Part shown: positions 17,539 through 25,416 of the stretch, piece by piece | Numbering within the stretch: position 1 is the stretch's first letter | Layout of the letters: the number at the start of each line of letters is the position of its first letter | Virus record (IMG/VR): IMGVR_UViG_3300037044_000003 | Location: 1 to 28,286 of that record | Direction: 5' to 3' (one strand) | DNA length: 28,286 bases | DNA from: a virus | Taxonomy: Duplodnaviria; Caudoviricetes | The notes under the pieces: model-generated | Databases searched by the model: none | What the model was told of the DNA's origin: nothing | The model's input: only the letters and a program-made list of their open reading frames with translations | Position numbers and translations under genes: made by a program

Positions 17539-17799
17539 CTTTCGTTTGAACTCTACTCTATTTTCTTTTTTTATGATCCGGACTTCATATTCCGGAACAT
17601 CATCTTCTTCATTAATCTCATCGAATTGGTCGCAGATAGCGTGGTATTCTACTTCTTTGCTATCCTTTAGTGGTGTAGTTCTTGTTATAAATACCGATGT
17701 GAATAAAACTTGAAGATAGTACCTCTGGTCGATCTGCTTTGATCTGATAAGTTTCTGACTAACTTTGAAGCGGCCGATTCGCATTGTCGGTGCCTTCAT
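17521..17799 (-). CDS. Hypothetical phage protein
   Basis: 92-aa ORF in the operon; EY.A.C..FDEI.E....PEY pattern. Confidence 0.7.
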   Translation of the reverse strand: MKAPTMRIGRFKVSQKLIRSKQIDQRYYLQVLFTSVFITRTTPLKDSKEVEYHAICDQFDEINEEDDVPEYEVRIIKKENRVEFKRKVSANV

Positions 17800-17959
17800 C
17801 TTTCATCACTTTATCGTACTTTTTAATAGCTTCTTTTATTAAATCAATAGCAATATATGGATTTTTGGAGTTAGTCGCTACTCTAATCAAGTTCACTAGA
17901 GTTGCCGCTCTTTTATCTGGCTTAATGTGTTTAAATGACGGAATTAACATGTTTGTCAC
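17759..17959 (-). CDS. Hypothetical protein
   Basis: Fills the gap in the operon and overlaps both neighbours; start uncertain. Confidence 0.5.
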   Translation of the reverse strand: MTNMLIPSFKHIKPDKRAATLVNLIRVATNSKNPYIAIDLIKEAIKKYDKVMKDEGTDNANRPLQS

Positions 17960-18128
17960 AAACAGAATTGAAGTCCAACTCTATCCTTTCATATTTTGTC
18001 GGTTTCAGATGATCGTATCTTTTTATACATTCCTCACACAGTACGTACTTCTTGTCGACTGATTTCAGGATCCGCCATTTTCCGCAGAAGTCACATGGCA
18101 GCGTTCCTTTGTTCTTGATGTGACTCAT
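17931..18128 (-). CDS. Small Zn-finger-like protein (CDFC...CEEC)
   Basis: Start reassigned to ATG 18128 (MSHIKNKG) with a GAAGGTG RBS. Confidence 0.6.
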   Translation of the reverse strand: MSHIKNKGTLPCDFCGKWRILKSVDKKYVLCEECIKRYDHLKPTKYERIELDFNSVCDKHVNSVI

Positions 18129-18255
18129 CAGCTTCACCTTCTTTCTTTTCTTCCCAGTGGTCGCAGTAGTTCGAGAACATCCAGGCTGTAAACCGAACAT
18201 GCACATTGCAGAAGCCATTTTCATTGTTTTGGCATGTATCGCAATGCTTATTCAC
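18091..18255 (-). CDS. Small Cys-rich protein (54 aa, below the ORF-track cutoff)
   Basis: GTG start overlapping the upstream stop; MNKHCDTCQNNENGFCNVHVRFTAWMFSNYCDHWEEKKEGEADESHQEQRNAAM. Confidence 0.6.
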   Translation of the reverse strand: MNKHCDTCQNNENGFCNVHVRFTAWMFSNYCDHWEEKKEGEADESHQEQRNAAM

Positions 18256-18424
18256 TTCTTACATCCATCCGCATGTTTACAAGCCATTCATCCTTCATGC
18301 TCTTTTCCAGCTGCCGACCGATTTCATCTTTTTGCAAATCTGTGACTATATGATCCGCTTCTAGTCCTTTGATTATAAACTCTTTGATCATATCTCTTGT
18401 TACGAGAACTATCTTATTCTTCAT
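18248..18424 (-). CDS. Hypothetical protein
   Basis: Start at ATG 18424 (MKNKIVLV) with a GAGGA RBS; overlaps the MazG-like stop. Confidence 0.55.
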   Translation of the reverse strand: MKNKIVLVTRDMIKEFIIKGLEADHIVTDLQKDEIGRQLEKSMKDEWLVNMRMDVRSE

Positions 18425-18971
18425 GCTCGAATTCCTCATCGCCAACCAGCCAGGATTTCATCTTCTCATAAGTATCGAATTCTTCCACCCATGCTTCACC
18501 GATCGAATTATCAATGCCGATATACTTATCATTTTCTTTTATCCAGAAAAAGCCTTCCGGTGATCTACTTTCAATGATCTGGCTTGCTAGCCTTTTGTCT
18601 ACTTCAGTAATTTTTGATTCAACCTCGACTATTTCAACTACTGGCGATTCCGGTTCTCTATTCATGCTTCGGTTTGGATCGAAACCATCCGGATATCGCT
18701 TCAGCAGTTTTTCAATGTTTTGTTCAGCTACCTTATCGAGTGTTGTTCTCAAGCCGGTTGCAATCATGGCGCAATACCATAATACGTCACCTAGTTCTTC
18801 GATCATCTTTTCTCGGTTTAATGGATGATTTTGATATTTAAACTTCTTATACAGGTCTGCAATTTCACCGCCTTCACCGAATAGGCCGATGACTCCATTT
18901 TCGATTTTTGTTTCATTCAGCTGCGGCGGAAATGTCCGCATTGCTTTGAATTGATAGTCCTTCATGTTCAT
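18414..18971 (-). CDS. MazG-like nucleotide pyrophosphohydrolase with a C-terminal extra domain
   Basis: YQ..A.RT, GL.GE.GE.AD..KK, EELGDVLWY and N..KL..RYPDGF motifs. Confidence 0.88.
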   Translation of the reverse strand: MNMKDYQFKAMRTFPPQLNETKIENGVIGLFGEGGEIADLYKKFKYQNHPLNREKMIEELGDVLWYCAMIATGLRTTLDKVAEQNIEKLLKRYPDGFDPNRSMNREPESPVVEIVEVESKITEVDKRLASQIIESRSPEGFFWIKENDKYIGIDNSIGEAWVEEFDTYEKMKSWLVGDEEFEHEE

Positions 18972-19186
18972 AGTTTTGGTTCCTTTGCTATGTGTTTTGC
19001 CAGGCGATCACGCACCTCTGGATGTGACTCACATTCTTCATAACTTTCAAAACAGTTGCCGCTTTCCATATTTGTCAGATGAAAGTAGGTGTTGTTATGT
19101 CGCGCAAAACTGATATACCATTCACCATCTTCATACACCCACAACCAGTATTCCTGCATAAATGTTAGCTTTTTCATTTGTTCCAT
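18968..19186 (-). CDS. Hypothetical protein
   Basis: GAAAGG RBS; ATGA overlap with the next gene. Confidence 0.65.
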   Translation of the reverse strand: MEQMKKLTFMQEYWLWVYEDGEWYISFARHNNTYFHLTNMESGNCFESYEECESHPEVRDRLAKHIAKEPKL

Positions 19187-19800
19187 CTACCTTTCAGTTC
19201 AAGTACGTAGTGATCGGATCCGGTGTCCATGATGTTGCAGTTGCATCCGGCTGAAGCCAGCTGCTCGAGCAGTTCTTCTTCTCGATGCGCACAGTGTTTT
19301 TTCATTACGATTGTATTGTGATGTTCTTTTAAATTCTTCACCATGTATTCCATGACCAGGTTTGGCCGCTTGCTGCGAGCTACTTTTGCTTTTTCTTCTT
19401 TTATTTTTTTCATCGATCGTTGGATGAACAGCCACTTGCGTTCAGTAATGATCCAGGTTCCGTTCATGTAGTTTAGTATCCCTTCTTCCGTCACGTTGGA
19501 ATAAACCGCAAGCCTATGTGGTGGTACTTTGTATTTACTTATAAATTCATTCAGCTGCGCTTGGTACTTCTTTCCGTTGATTATGTTGGCTGCTTCATAC
19601 TTCTTCATTGCTTCCTGAATGACTGCCCACATTTTGTCGGTGATCCGAGAAGCGCCTTTTCGGTATGCCCACATCACTTGCTCGTAAACGCTGCACATTA
19701 CAGCAAACTCATTGCTCTTTACTTCGTGACGTTCCAGCCATGAATTCAGCTGCGCTTGCCGCTGTTTTCCGGTTTCTATTGTTTCTTTGCTGAGTGCCAT
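19174..19800 (-). CDS. Protein with two tandem HTH-like repeats
   Basis: GKQRQAQLN...ITDKMW..IQ..MKK and GKKYQAQLN...ITERKW..IQ..MKK; GGAAGG RBS. Confidence 0.7.
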   Translation of the reverse strand: MALSKETIETGKQRQAQLNSWLERHEVKSNEFAVMCSVYEQVMWAYRKGASRITDKMWAVIQEAMKKYEAANIINGKKYQAQLNEFISKYKVPPHRLAVYSNVTEEGILNYMNGTWIITERKWLFIQRSMKKIKEEKAKVARSKRPNLVMEYMVKNLKEHHNTIVMKKHCAHREEELLEQLASAGCNCNIMDTGSDHYVLELKGRWNK

Positions 19801-19803
19801 GAT

Positions 19804-20055
19804 CTACCTTCCTTTTAAATCAAACAGTTTCAATTTATCGTAGTGTTTCTTTCCTCTTGGTTTGAAGTTTCTGTGTTTATAGACCACTTCATCGAGGATG
19901 TCTTTCCTGTCATCTTCCACATTTGCTAACTGATAATGCGGACACTTATTGCTTCTTATAACTTGGCTGTATGATAGCGGTTTTCTCACGTCTTTGTGTG
20001 TACATTCATAAACTTCGTATCCGATGCAGTATCCGCAATACCTGCATTTTGGCAT
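19804..20055 (-). CDS. Cys-rich hypothetical phage protein
   Basis: CRYCGYC...C...C; GAGGT RBS. Confidence 0.7.
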   Translation of the reverse strand: MPKCRYCGYCIGYEVYECTHKDVRKPLSYSQVIRSNKCPHYQLANVEDDRKDILDEVVYKHRNFKPRGKKHYDKLKLFDLKGR

Positions 20056-20222
20056 GTTTTTTTACCTCGCTTTTCATTGATAACTGATGATAAATAACCC
20101 TAACATTATATTACACAGCCGGAACGTGCCAGAAAGCCTTTAAACAGTGCATTTTAAGCACGAATCCGGAGTACAATACTTCTTGATATTTTCGACATAG
20201 ATTTTTCCTAACAAATAAATTC

Positions 20223-20243
20223 TGTTATACTATTTTTGGAGGG
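20223..20243 (+). promoter_or_regulatory. Extended -10 promoter and RBS of the moron gene
   Basis: TGtTATACT at 20223-20231; GGAGGG at 20238-20243; ATG at 20250. Confidence 0.65.
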
Positions 20244-20249
20244 AAAAAT

Positions 20250-20930
20250 ATGCCATATACTAGAAAATCAATATTCTCTTATGATTATGTTAATCAAGAT
20301 ATTCATTCAATTGTTCCACCTTCAATCTGTCCTATGTGCAGCCACGCAATTTCGCCAGTATTTATTTCACTTGCTTTAAACTCAAGTGAAGAAGGTTCTA
20401 TCATGTATCATTGCGGAGCTTGCACAAATTCGTTCATATCATATTTTAAATACTCGAAATCTCACTCTGATGGCTACTACTATTTTCAACGGTTCTACCG
20501 TCACGAGCCAAGACATTTTGTCACATGCGATTTCCCTAGAATCATTTCAGATCTTTCGGAAAGATTTGTGTTGACATATAATCAAGCAGCTCAAGCAGAA
20601 TCTCTTGGATTACTAGAAATTGCAGGTCCTGGATACAGAAAATCTCTTGAGATTCTAATTAAGGACTATGCAATAAAGAAGTTTCCAGACAAGTCAGATT
20701 TAATTATTAATCCAACTTACACATTATCTCAATGCATTAAAGATTATATTGATGTTGAACGCATTAAGAATCCCTCAATCGCTGCATCATGGTTGGGAAA
20801 TGATGCTACACATTATACAAAACGTCACATAGATCAAGATTTAAAAGAGTTAAAGCAATACATTGAGACAGTCATTTACTTTGTTCAGTTTGATCTGTCA
20901 GCTGATTTTGCTTCTGATTTTGTTGCATAA
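20250..20930 (+). CDS. DUF4145 (HEPN-like) protein with N-terminal Zn ribbon; moron
   Basis: CPMC...CGAC, S.RF...YNQA..AE..GL...G.GYRK.LE.LIKDY, WLGND.THY; opposite strand, AT-rich, has its own promoter. Confidence 0.8.
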   Translation: MPYTRKSIFSYDYVNQDIHSIVPPSICPMCSHAISPVFISLALNSSEEGSIMYHCGACTNSFISYFKYSKSHSDGYYYFQRFYRHEPRHFVTCDFPRIISDLSERFVLTYNQAAQAESLGLLEIAGPGYRKSLEILIKDYAIKKFPDKSDLIINPTYTLSQCIKDYIDVERIKNPSIAASWLGNDATHYTKRHIDQDLKELKQYIETVIYFVQFDLSADFASDFVA

Positions 20931-21093
20931 AAGTAATCTCTAGTCTATATCTACGAATTTTTTCAACTGATTTTTGAAGGTCTTTTTGCTTGCTTACAAT
21001 TTCTTCAATCAACTCGTCTAACTCCCCCAAATTGTTAACACTTATTAACAGTCTATTTTCACTAACATAAGCATCCAGTTCTTTTTCTCCCAT
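20872..21093 (-). CDS. Small coiled-coil protein convergent with the DUF4145 gene
   Basis: ATG 21093 with purine-rich RBS; 3' end overlaps the DUF4145 gene by 59 nt. Confidence 0.6.
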   Translation of the reverse strand: MGEKELDAYVSENRLLISVNNLGELDELIEEIVSKQKDLQKSVEKIRRYRLEITFMQQNQKQNQLTDQTEQSK

Positions 21094-21106
21094 TGCCTTA
21101 CCCTTT

Positions 21107-21373
21107 CTAACGGACTTCAACCGGCATGTCGCTTGGATCCAGGCTGATCCCTGCCGGTATTAAACCGTAGATTGCTTTCAGGTTCAGGATCGCTTCTTGC
21201 TCTGTATCAAAGATCGCCAGGATCACTTGCTTTGCTTTTGCATGGCCAATGATTACCCACTTGTTGTTCAGGTCTTTTTCATCGATCCTGGTGGCTGGTA
21301 TAACCGGTTTGAACTCGACAGTCAGTAAGCTGTAATCACCCAGCACTCTGCTGTTGCTGCTTTTTATAATCAC
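21107..21373 (-). CDS. Hypothetical protein
   Basis: GTG start with a GAGAGG RBS; within the operon. Confidence 0.65.
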   Translation of the reverse strand: MIIKSSNSRVLGDYSLLTVEFKPVIPATRIDEKDLNNKWVIIGHAKAKQVILAIFDTEQEAILNLKAIYGLIPAGISLDPSDMPVEVR

Positions 21374-21378
21374 GTTTG

Positions 21379-21528
21379 TTACCTCTCATTTCCTTTGATG
21401 TCATCTGGTATTCCCTGCATCATTTCTCGATCCGATTCCCTTCCGGATATAGCCATTAGTGCTGCCAGGAAGAAGCCGAAGATTGCGCCAAGCATTCCTG
21501 CTGCGAAGTGTGTCAGTATTACTTCCAT
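21379..21528 (-). CDS. Small single-TM membrane protein (49 aa, below the ORF-track cutoff)
   Basis: MEVILTHFAAGMLGAIFGFFLAALMAISGRESDREMMQGIPDDIKGNER exactly fills the operon gap. Confidence 0.65.
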   Translation of the reverse strand: MEVILTHFAAGMLGAIFGFFLAALMAISGRESDREMMQGIPDDIKGNER

Positions 21529-21532
21529 ACCG

Positions 21533-21700
21533 CTACGCTCTGCGCTGTTTGCGCTTCCTCTGGTTACTTACTCGCTTTGCCATGCAATAGCGCACAAACT
21601 CGTTGTAACCCTGGCCAGCTGGCCGGATAAATGCTGACAGCTCAATTTCTGCTTTTGGCTGCGTGGTTGCGAATGCTTTGATCAGATCTTTGATTTTCAT
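21533..21700 (-). CDS. Small basic hypothetical protein
   Basis: Start at ATG 21700 (MKIKDL) with an AAGGAAGG RBS. Confidence 0.55.
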   Translation of the reverse strand: MKIKDLIKAFATTQPKAEIELSAFIRPAGQGYNEFVRYCMAKRVSNQRKRKQRRA

Positions 21701-21714
21701 TTTTCTTCCTTCCT

Positions 21715-22782
21715 TTATTTGATGACTTCCCAAGTCATATCTTCTTTTCCGAAGTGACCGTAGCAGGTGGTTTCCAGGTACTTTGTGTTTTTCAGGTCCA
21801 GAAACTCGATGATCCCTTTCGGAGTTAAGTCAAACAGCTGCATGATTTCTTCAGCGATCAGTGGCATCGATCTTCTGTCTGATCGTACTTCGATCGATAC
21901 CGGCCTTTTTACTCCGATTGCGTAGGACAGCTGGATCTCGCATTCTTTCAGATGGTGGTATTTGTGCAGTACCCACTTGGCAAGATACCTGGCCATGTAT
22001 GCTGCGCTTCTATCTACCTTTGTGGGATCCTTACCGCTGAAAGCACCGCCGCCATGCCGAGCATATCCACCATAGGTATCTGCAATGATCTTCCGGCCGG
22101 TCACTCCGGCATCACCGATGCTGCCACCGACCACAAATCTTCCGGTGGGATTAATCAGCCTTATGAAATTCAGATCAAATTTGTGCTTTATTGCGACTTC
22201 TTCCATTGCATATCCAACCAACCACTTTAATTCGTGATCTTCGGCATCTTCTGTGTGCTGAATTGATACCAGAAATGTGTCGATTCTCGGTCGGTTTGGA
22301 TCAGTGTAATCGATTGTTACTTGTGCTTTTGCATCGGCTTTTAGAAACTTATAAGATTTCCTCAGTCCATCTAATCGCTGCAACACCTCGGTTGCAAGTG
22401 TCCAGGCAAGAGGCATCATCTGCGGTGTTTCCCTGCATGCGTAACCGAACATTATTCCCTGATCACCTGCGCCTTCATTATCTACTCCCAGAGCAATGTC
22501 CGGCGATTGCTTGTTGATGAATGTCCTGGTGATAACGTTTAGCAAGTAATCATCATCGATGTCTTTTAATACTCGGTCGACCACTTGGCTGATATCGATG
22601 TTAGCTTTCGTAGTAATCTCGCCGGCTACGAACACGTCATAGTTCTTGATCATCGTTTCTACTGCAACTCTGGAGTCTTTGTCTTGTTCTAGGCAAGCAT
22701 CAAGGATAGCGTCGCTGATTTGGTCGCATATTTTGTCCGGATGGCCTTTGGATACTTGTTCGCTAGTGAATAGCACTTTCAT
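21715..22782 (-). CDS. metK: S-adenosylmethionine synthetase (methionine adenosyltransferase), phage-encoded
   Basis: FTSEQVSKGHPDKICDQISD, GAGDQG, INPTGRFV.GG, GRKIIADTYGG, GGGAFSGKDPTKVDRSAAYMAR, YGHFG. Confidence 0.96.
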   Translation of the reverse strand: MKVLFTSEQVSKGHPDKICDQISDAILDACLEQDKDSRVAVETMIKNYDVFVAGEITTKANIDISQVVDRVLKDIDDDYLLNVITRTFINKQSPDIALGVDNEGAGDQGIMFGYACRETPQMMPLAWTLATEVLQRLDGLRKSYKFLKADAKAQVTIDYTDPNRPRIDTFLVSIQHTEDAEDHELKWLVGYAMEEVAIKHKFDLNFIRLINPTGRFVVGGSIGDAGVTGRKIIADTYGGYARHGGGAFSGKDPTKVDRSAAYMARYLAKWVLHKYHHLKECEIQLSYAIGVKRPVSIEVRSDRRSMPLIAEEIMQLFDLTPKGIIEFLDLKNTKYLETTCYGHFGKEDMTWEVIK

Positions 22783-22783
22783 A

Positions 22784-24124
22784 TTATTTTCCCTCTCTAA
22801 TTTTTTCCGCTACACCACCGGTGAGTTTTTCCCAGCGATCGATAATTACATCAACGTATTTTTGGTTTAGTTCCATACAGTAGCAAGTTCTTCCGAGTTG
22901 ATCCGCTGCCACCAGCGTTGTTCCGCTACCACCGAACGGTTCATACACAACCTCACCAGGTCTGCTACTGTTTTTGATTAACCGGCCAACCAGCGGCACT
23001 GGTTTCATTGTGGGATGTTCATCACTGCGCAGCGGTTTGTTTTCGTAAAGAATTGTTGTCTGCCAGCTGTCCATAATCTGTTTCAGCGCTTCGATCAGTT
23101 CCTCTTTTTTCATTTTTTCAATGCTCGATGATTCATCGATTACTGTGGATTGCGTTCTATCATCGATAAAGTAATGCGCCTTACCTTCTCGCCATCCGTA
23201 TAAAATTGGTTCGTGTTTCCAATGGTAATCATTCCTGCTTAAATTGAACGAGTTTTTTACCCAGATCAGGTTTTCCGAGAACTTGAACCCTGCATCACAC
23301 ATAGCGGATTGAAAGTTGACTCTTTCCACATCACTATGGAATACATATATCACACCGCCATCTTTGGTGTAGTTGAATGCAAGCTTGTACATATCGAGCA
23401 GGAAGGTATAAAACCTGGCTGTGGTCATGTTGTCATTCATGATCTCGCTTGTTTTCCGGTTTTCGTTTTTAAAGCTGGTTTCATCTTTGAACTTCGTATT
23501 AATCTTCCGTTCATAGTTCACGTTGTATGGCGGATCGGTTAAGATCAGATCAGCGAGTTGCTTGTTCATCAGGTTTGCTACATCGTGCTCATCGGTGCTA
23601 TCGCCGCACATTAGCCGGTGCTTTCCGAGCTGGTAGATGTCACCTCTTTTAGACTTCGGTTCTTCGATTTCTTCTAGTGCTTCATCCACATCGTATTCAT
23701 CATCCTGTGCGGATGCTGCATCCATTCTTGTTACCAGTTCTTTTAGTTCTTCACTATCGAAGCCGGTGATTCCGATATCTATTTGAAGTTCGAGCTCTTG
23801 CAGCAAGTCTTTTAACTTATCCATTTGCCATTCACCGCTGATTTTGTTAAGTGCGATGTTTAGCGCCTTTTCTTTGACCTTATCAACCTCAACCACTACC
23901 ACATCGACCGTATCGTATCCGAGCGCTTTGAGCACCGTTGCTCGCTGGTGTCCGCCGATGATCGTGTTATCTTTGTTGACGATGATCGGATCCACATATC
24001 CGAATTCTTGAATGCTTTTTTTGATTTTTTCAAATTCCTGATCGCCTGCGGCCAGCGCTTTTCTCGGATTGTAATCTGCATATGTTAATTCATTTAATTT
24101 TCTTTTCTCAAATATCATTTTCAT
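22784..24124 (-). CDS. ParB-like N-terminal domain + N6A/N4C DNA methyltransferase (beta class)
   Basis: YNPRK...SI.EFG.VDPI...GGHQR (ParB/Srx); TDPPYNV (motif IV) precedes HPTMKP and EPFGGSGTT (motif I). Confidence 0.93.
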   Translation of the reverse strand: MKMIFEKRKLNELTYADYNPRKALAAGDQEFEKIKKSIQEFGYVDPIIVNKDNTIIGGHQRATVLKALGYDTVDVVVVEVDKVKEKALNIALNKISGEWQMDKLKDLLQELELQIDIGITGFDSEELKELVTRMDAASAQDDEYDVDEALEEIEEPKSKRGDIYQLGKHRLMCGDSTDEHDVANLMNKQLADLILTDPPYNVNYERKINTKFKDETSFKNENRKTSEIMNDNMTTARFYTFLLDMYKLAFNYTKDGGVIYVFHSDVERVNFQSAMCDAGFKFSENLIWVKNSFNLSRNDYHWKHEPILYGWREGKAHYFIDDRTQSTVIDESSSIEKMKKEELIEALKQIMDSWQTTILYENKPLRSDEHPTMKPVPLVGRLIKNSSRPGEVVYEPFGGSGTTLVAADQLGRTCYCMELNQKYVDVIIDRWEKLTGGVAEKIREGK

Positions 24125-24311
24125 TTCCATCCTTCTCGTTGAGTTCAAACTTAATCACTCGGAATCTTCTTTTTGTTTTAATATTGCGCTTTATTAGACA
24201 ATGCGCATGGTCTTTGGATATGCCGAAGTAGTCTGCTACTTCTTGGATCTTCTCTGCGACCAGTACCGGAAGTTCGAATTGATCAGCGGTTATAATCATG
24301 TAGACTCGCAT
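24108..24311 (-). CDS. Small putative DNA-binding phage protein
   Basis: T.D..ELP..VA....E.A...G.S pattern (HTH-like). Confidence 0.7.
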   Translation of the reverse strand: MRVYMIITADQFELPVLVAEKIQEVADYFGISKDHAHCLIKRNIKTKRRFRVIKFELNEKDGNENDI

Positions 24312-24313
24312 AT

Positions 24314-24619
24314 TTAGAACGGTTTGATTAATCGCTCATATGCGGCTCGCAGCGTTACCTCATTGTTGATTTTGTTAAGCCAGGCATAATATGTCGGTCT
24401 TTCAATGTGCAGCAGGTAACAGATCTTTTCTTCTTTCAACTTCATTTCGTAGCGGTAGCGGATCAGATCACCGAACTCGGTTCCTTCGTACTTTTCTTTT
24501 ATAGTTGCGATGATCTCATGCCACTTCTTTTCTTCCGGATCTTTGCTGCCTGTAAGCTTGCTGTGGTTGTACCAGTAATAATCGATCTGCTTTCGTATTT
24601 TCCGGATCATATGTTGCAT
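24314..24619 (-). CDS. Putative transcriptional activator (ArpU/RinA-like, sigma4-type HTH)
   Basis: LI.YRY......KIC..LHIER.TYY.W C-terminal HTH. Confidence 0.65.
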   Translation of the reverse strand: MQHMIRKIRKQIDYYWYNHSKLTGSKDPEEKKWHEIIATIKEKYEGTEFGDLIRYRYEMKLKEEKICYLLHIERPTYYAWLNKINNEVTLRAAYERLIKPF

Positions 24620-25416
24620 CCTTTCATTCTTATGTTTTTCCCTGGATCCTCCGACAGCTCGATGCAGTATTTTTGTGATCGTTGATAGATTCTTGATCCT
24701 ATGGCTTCATCGATGTCTACCAGCGTGTTTATACTCATCTCTGTACTGATGATCGTTACCAGGTCTTTGTTAATGTACCGGTGGTTCAGTATTTCGAATG
24801 CTAGGTTTATGTCTGCGGCGGATGGCGCTCTTCCTTTTTCTGATTTGAAGAAGTCATCGATGTATAGTACCTTCACATTTTTGAACCGGCCGATGTCATC
24901 TGCATATTCGGTTCCGTCTGCCATAATCGACTTTTTAAGGACTACGCTGTCATCTCGCCAGCGCATGTATAATGCTTCATTTCCTCGAAGCATCAGTTCT
25001 TTTACAATCGCTGTGCAGATGTGGCTTTTGCCGCTTCCCACCTGGCCACCGACATAGAACCAGTTTCCTTGTAAGTCATCTAGGTATCGCTTGGCTGCTA
25101 CTTTGATGTGTTTTTGCCATGCCTGACCGGTTGTGTATTTCTCGAAGGTGTATTCATCCAGCAGCTTGTCCAAGCCGCTTTTGCGGATGATCGCTAGACT
25201 TTTCCTGGCCGGCATGCACTCGCATTCTTTCAGGACTTCGTATCCGGCATCATCGATGAACATGATGTATCCTTTGTTTTTACACATCCTGCAGTCATTG
25301 CCGGACATGCTGCCTTCTTCATCGTTCCAGCGTTGGACTTTCATGTCGCTATAGCTTTGTTGAGTTGATCTCGTATTTTGGTTTGGTAGGTTCATCAGAT
25401 TTCTGATAGGTTCCAT
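24607..25416 (-). CDS. DnaC/IstB-like AAA+ helicase loader
   Basis: CRMC..KG...CEC Zn site, GQVGSGKSH Walker A, VLYIDD Walker B, N.RY, GSRI; ATG 25416 has a GAGGTG RBS. Confidence 0.9.
   Translation of the reverse strand: MEPIRNLMNLPNQNTRSTQQSYSDMKVQRWNDEEGSMSGNDCRMCKNKGYIMFIDDAGYEVLKECECMPARKSLAIIRKSGLDKLLDEYTFEKYTTGQAWQKHIKVAAKRYLDDLQGNWFYVGGQVGSGKSHICTAIVKELMLRGNEALYMRWRDDSVVLKKSIMADGTEYADDIGRFKNVKVLYIDDFFKSEKGRAPSAADINLAFEILNHRYINKDLVTIISTEMSINTLVDIDEAIGSRIYQRSQKYCIELSEDPGKNIRMKGCNI

Noticed and set aside
18129-18224. N-terminal extension of ORF 17931..18224
   Set aside because: Better explained by a separate Cys-rich ORF (18091..18255) and a start at 18128.
23800-24124. ParB domain as evidence of a plasmid-prophage partition system
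   Set aside because: It is fused to the MTase, a common phage architecture; no ParA or parS array is visible.
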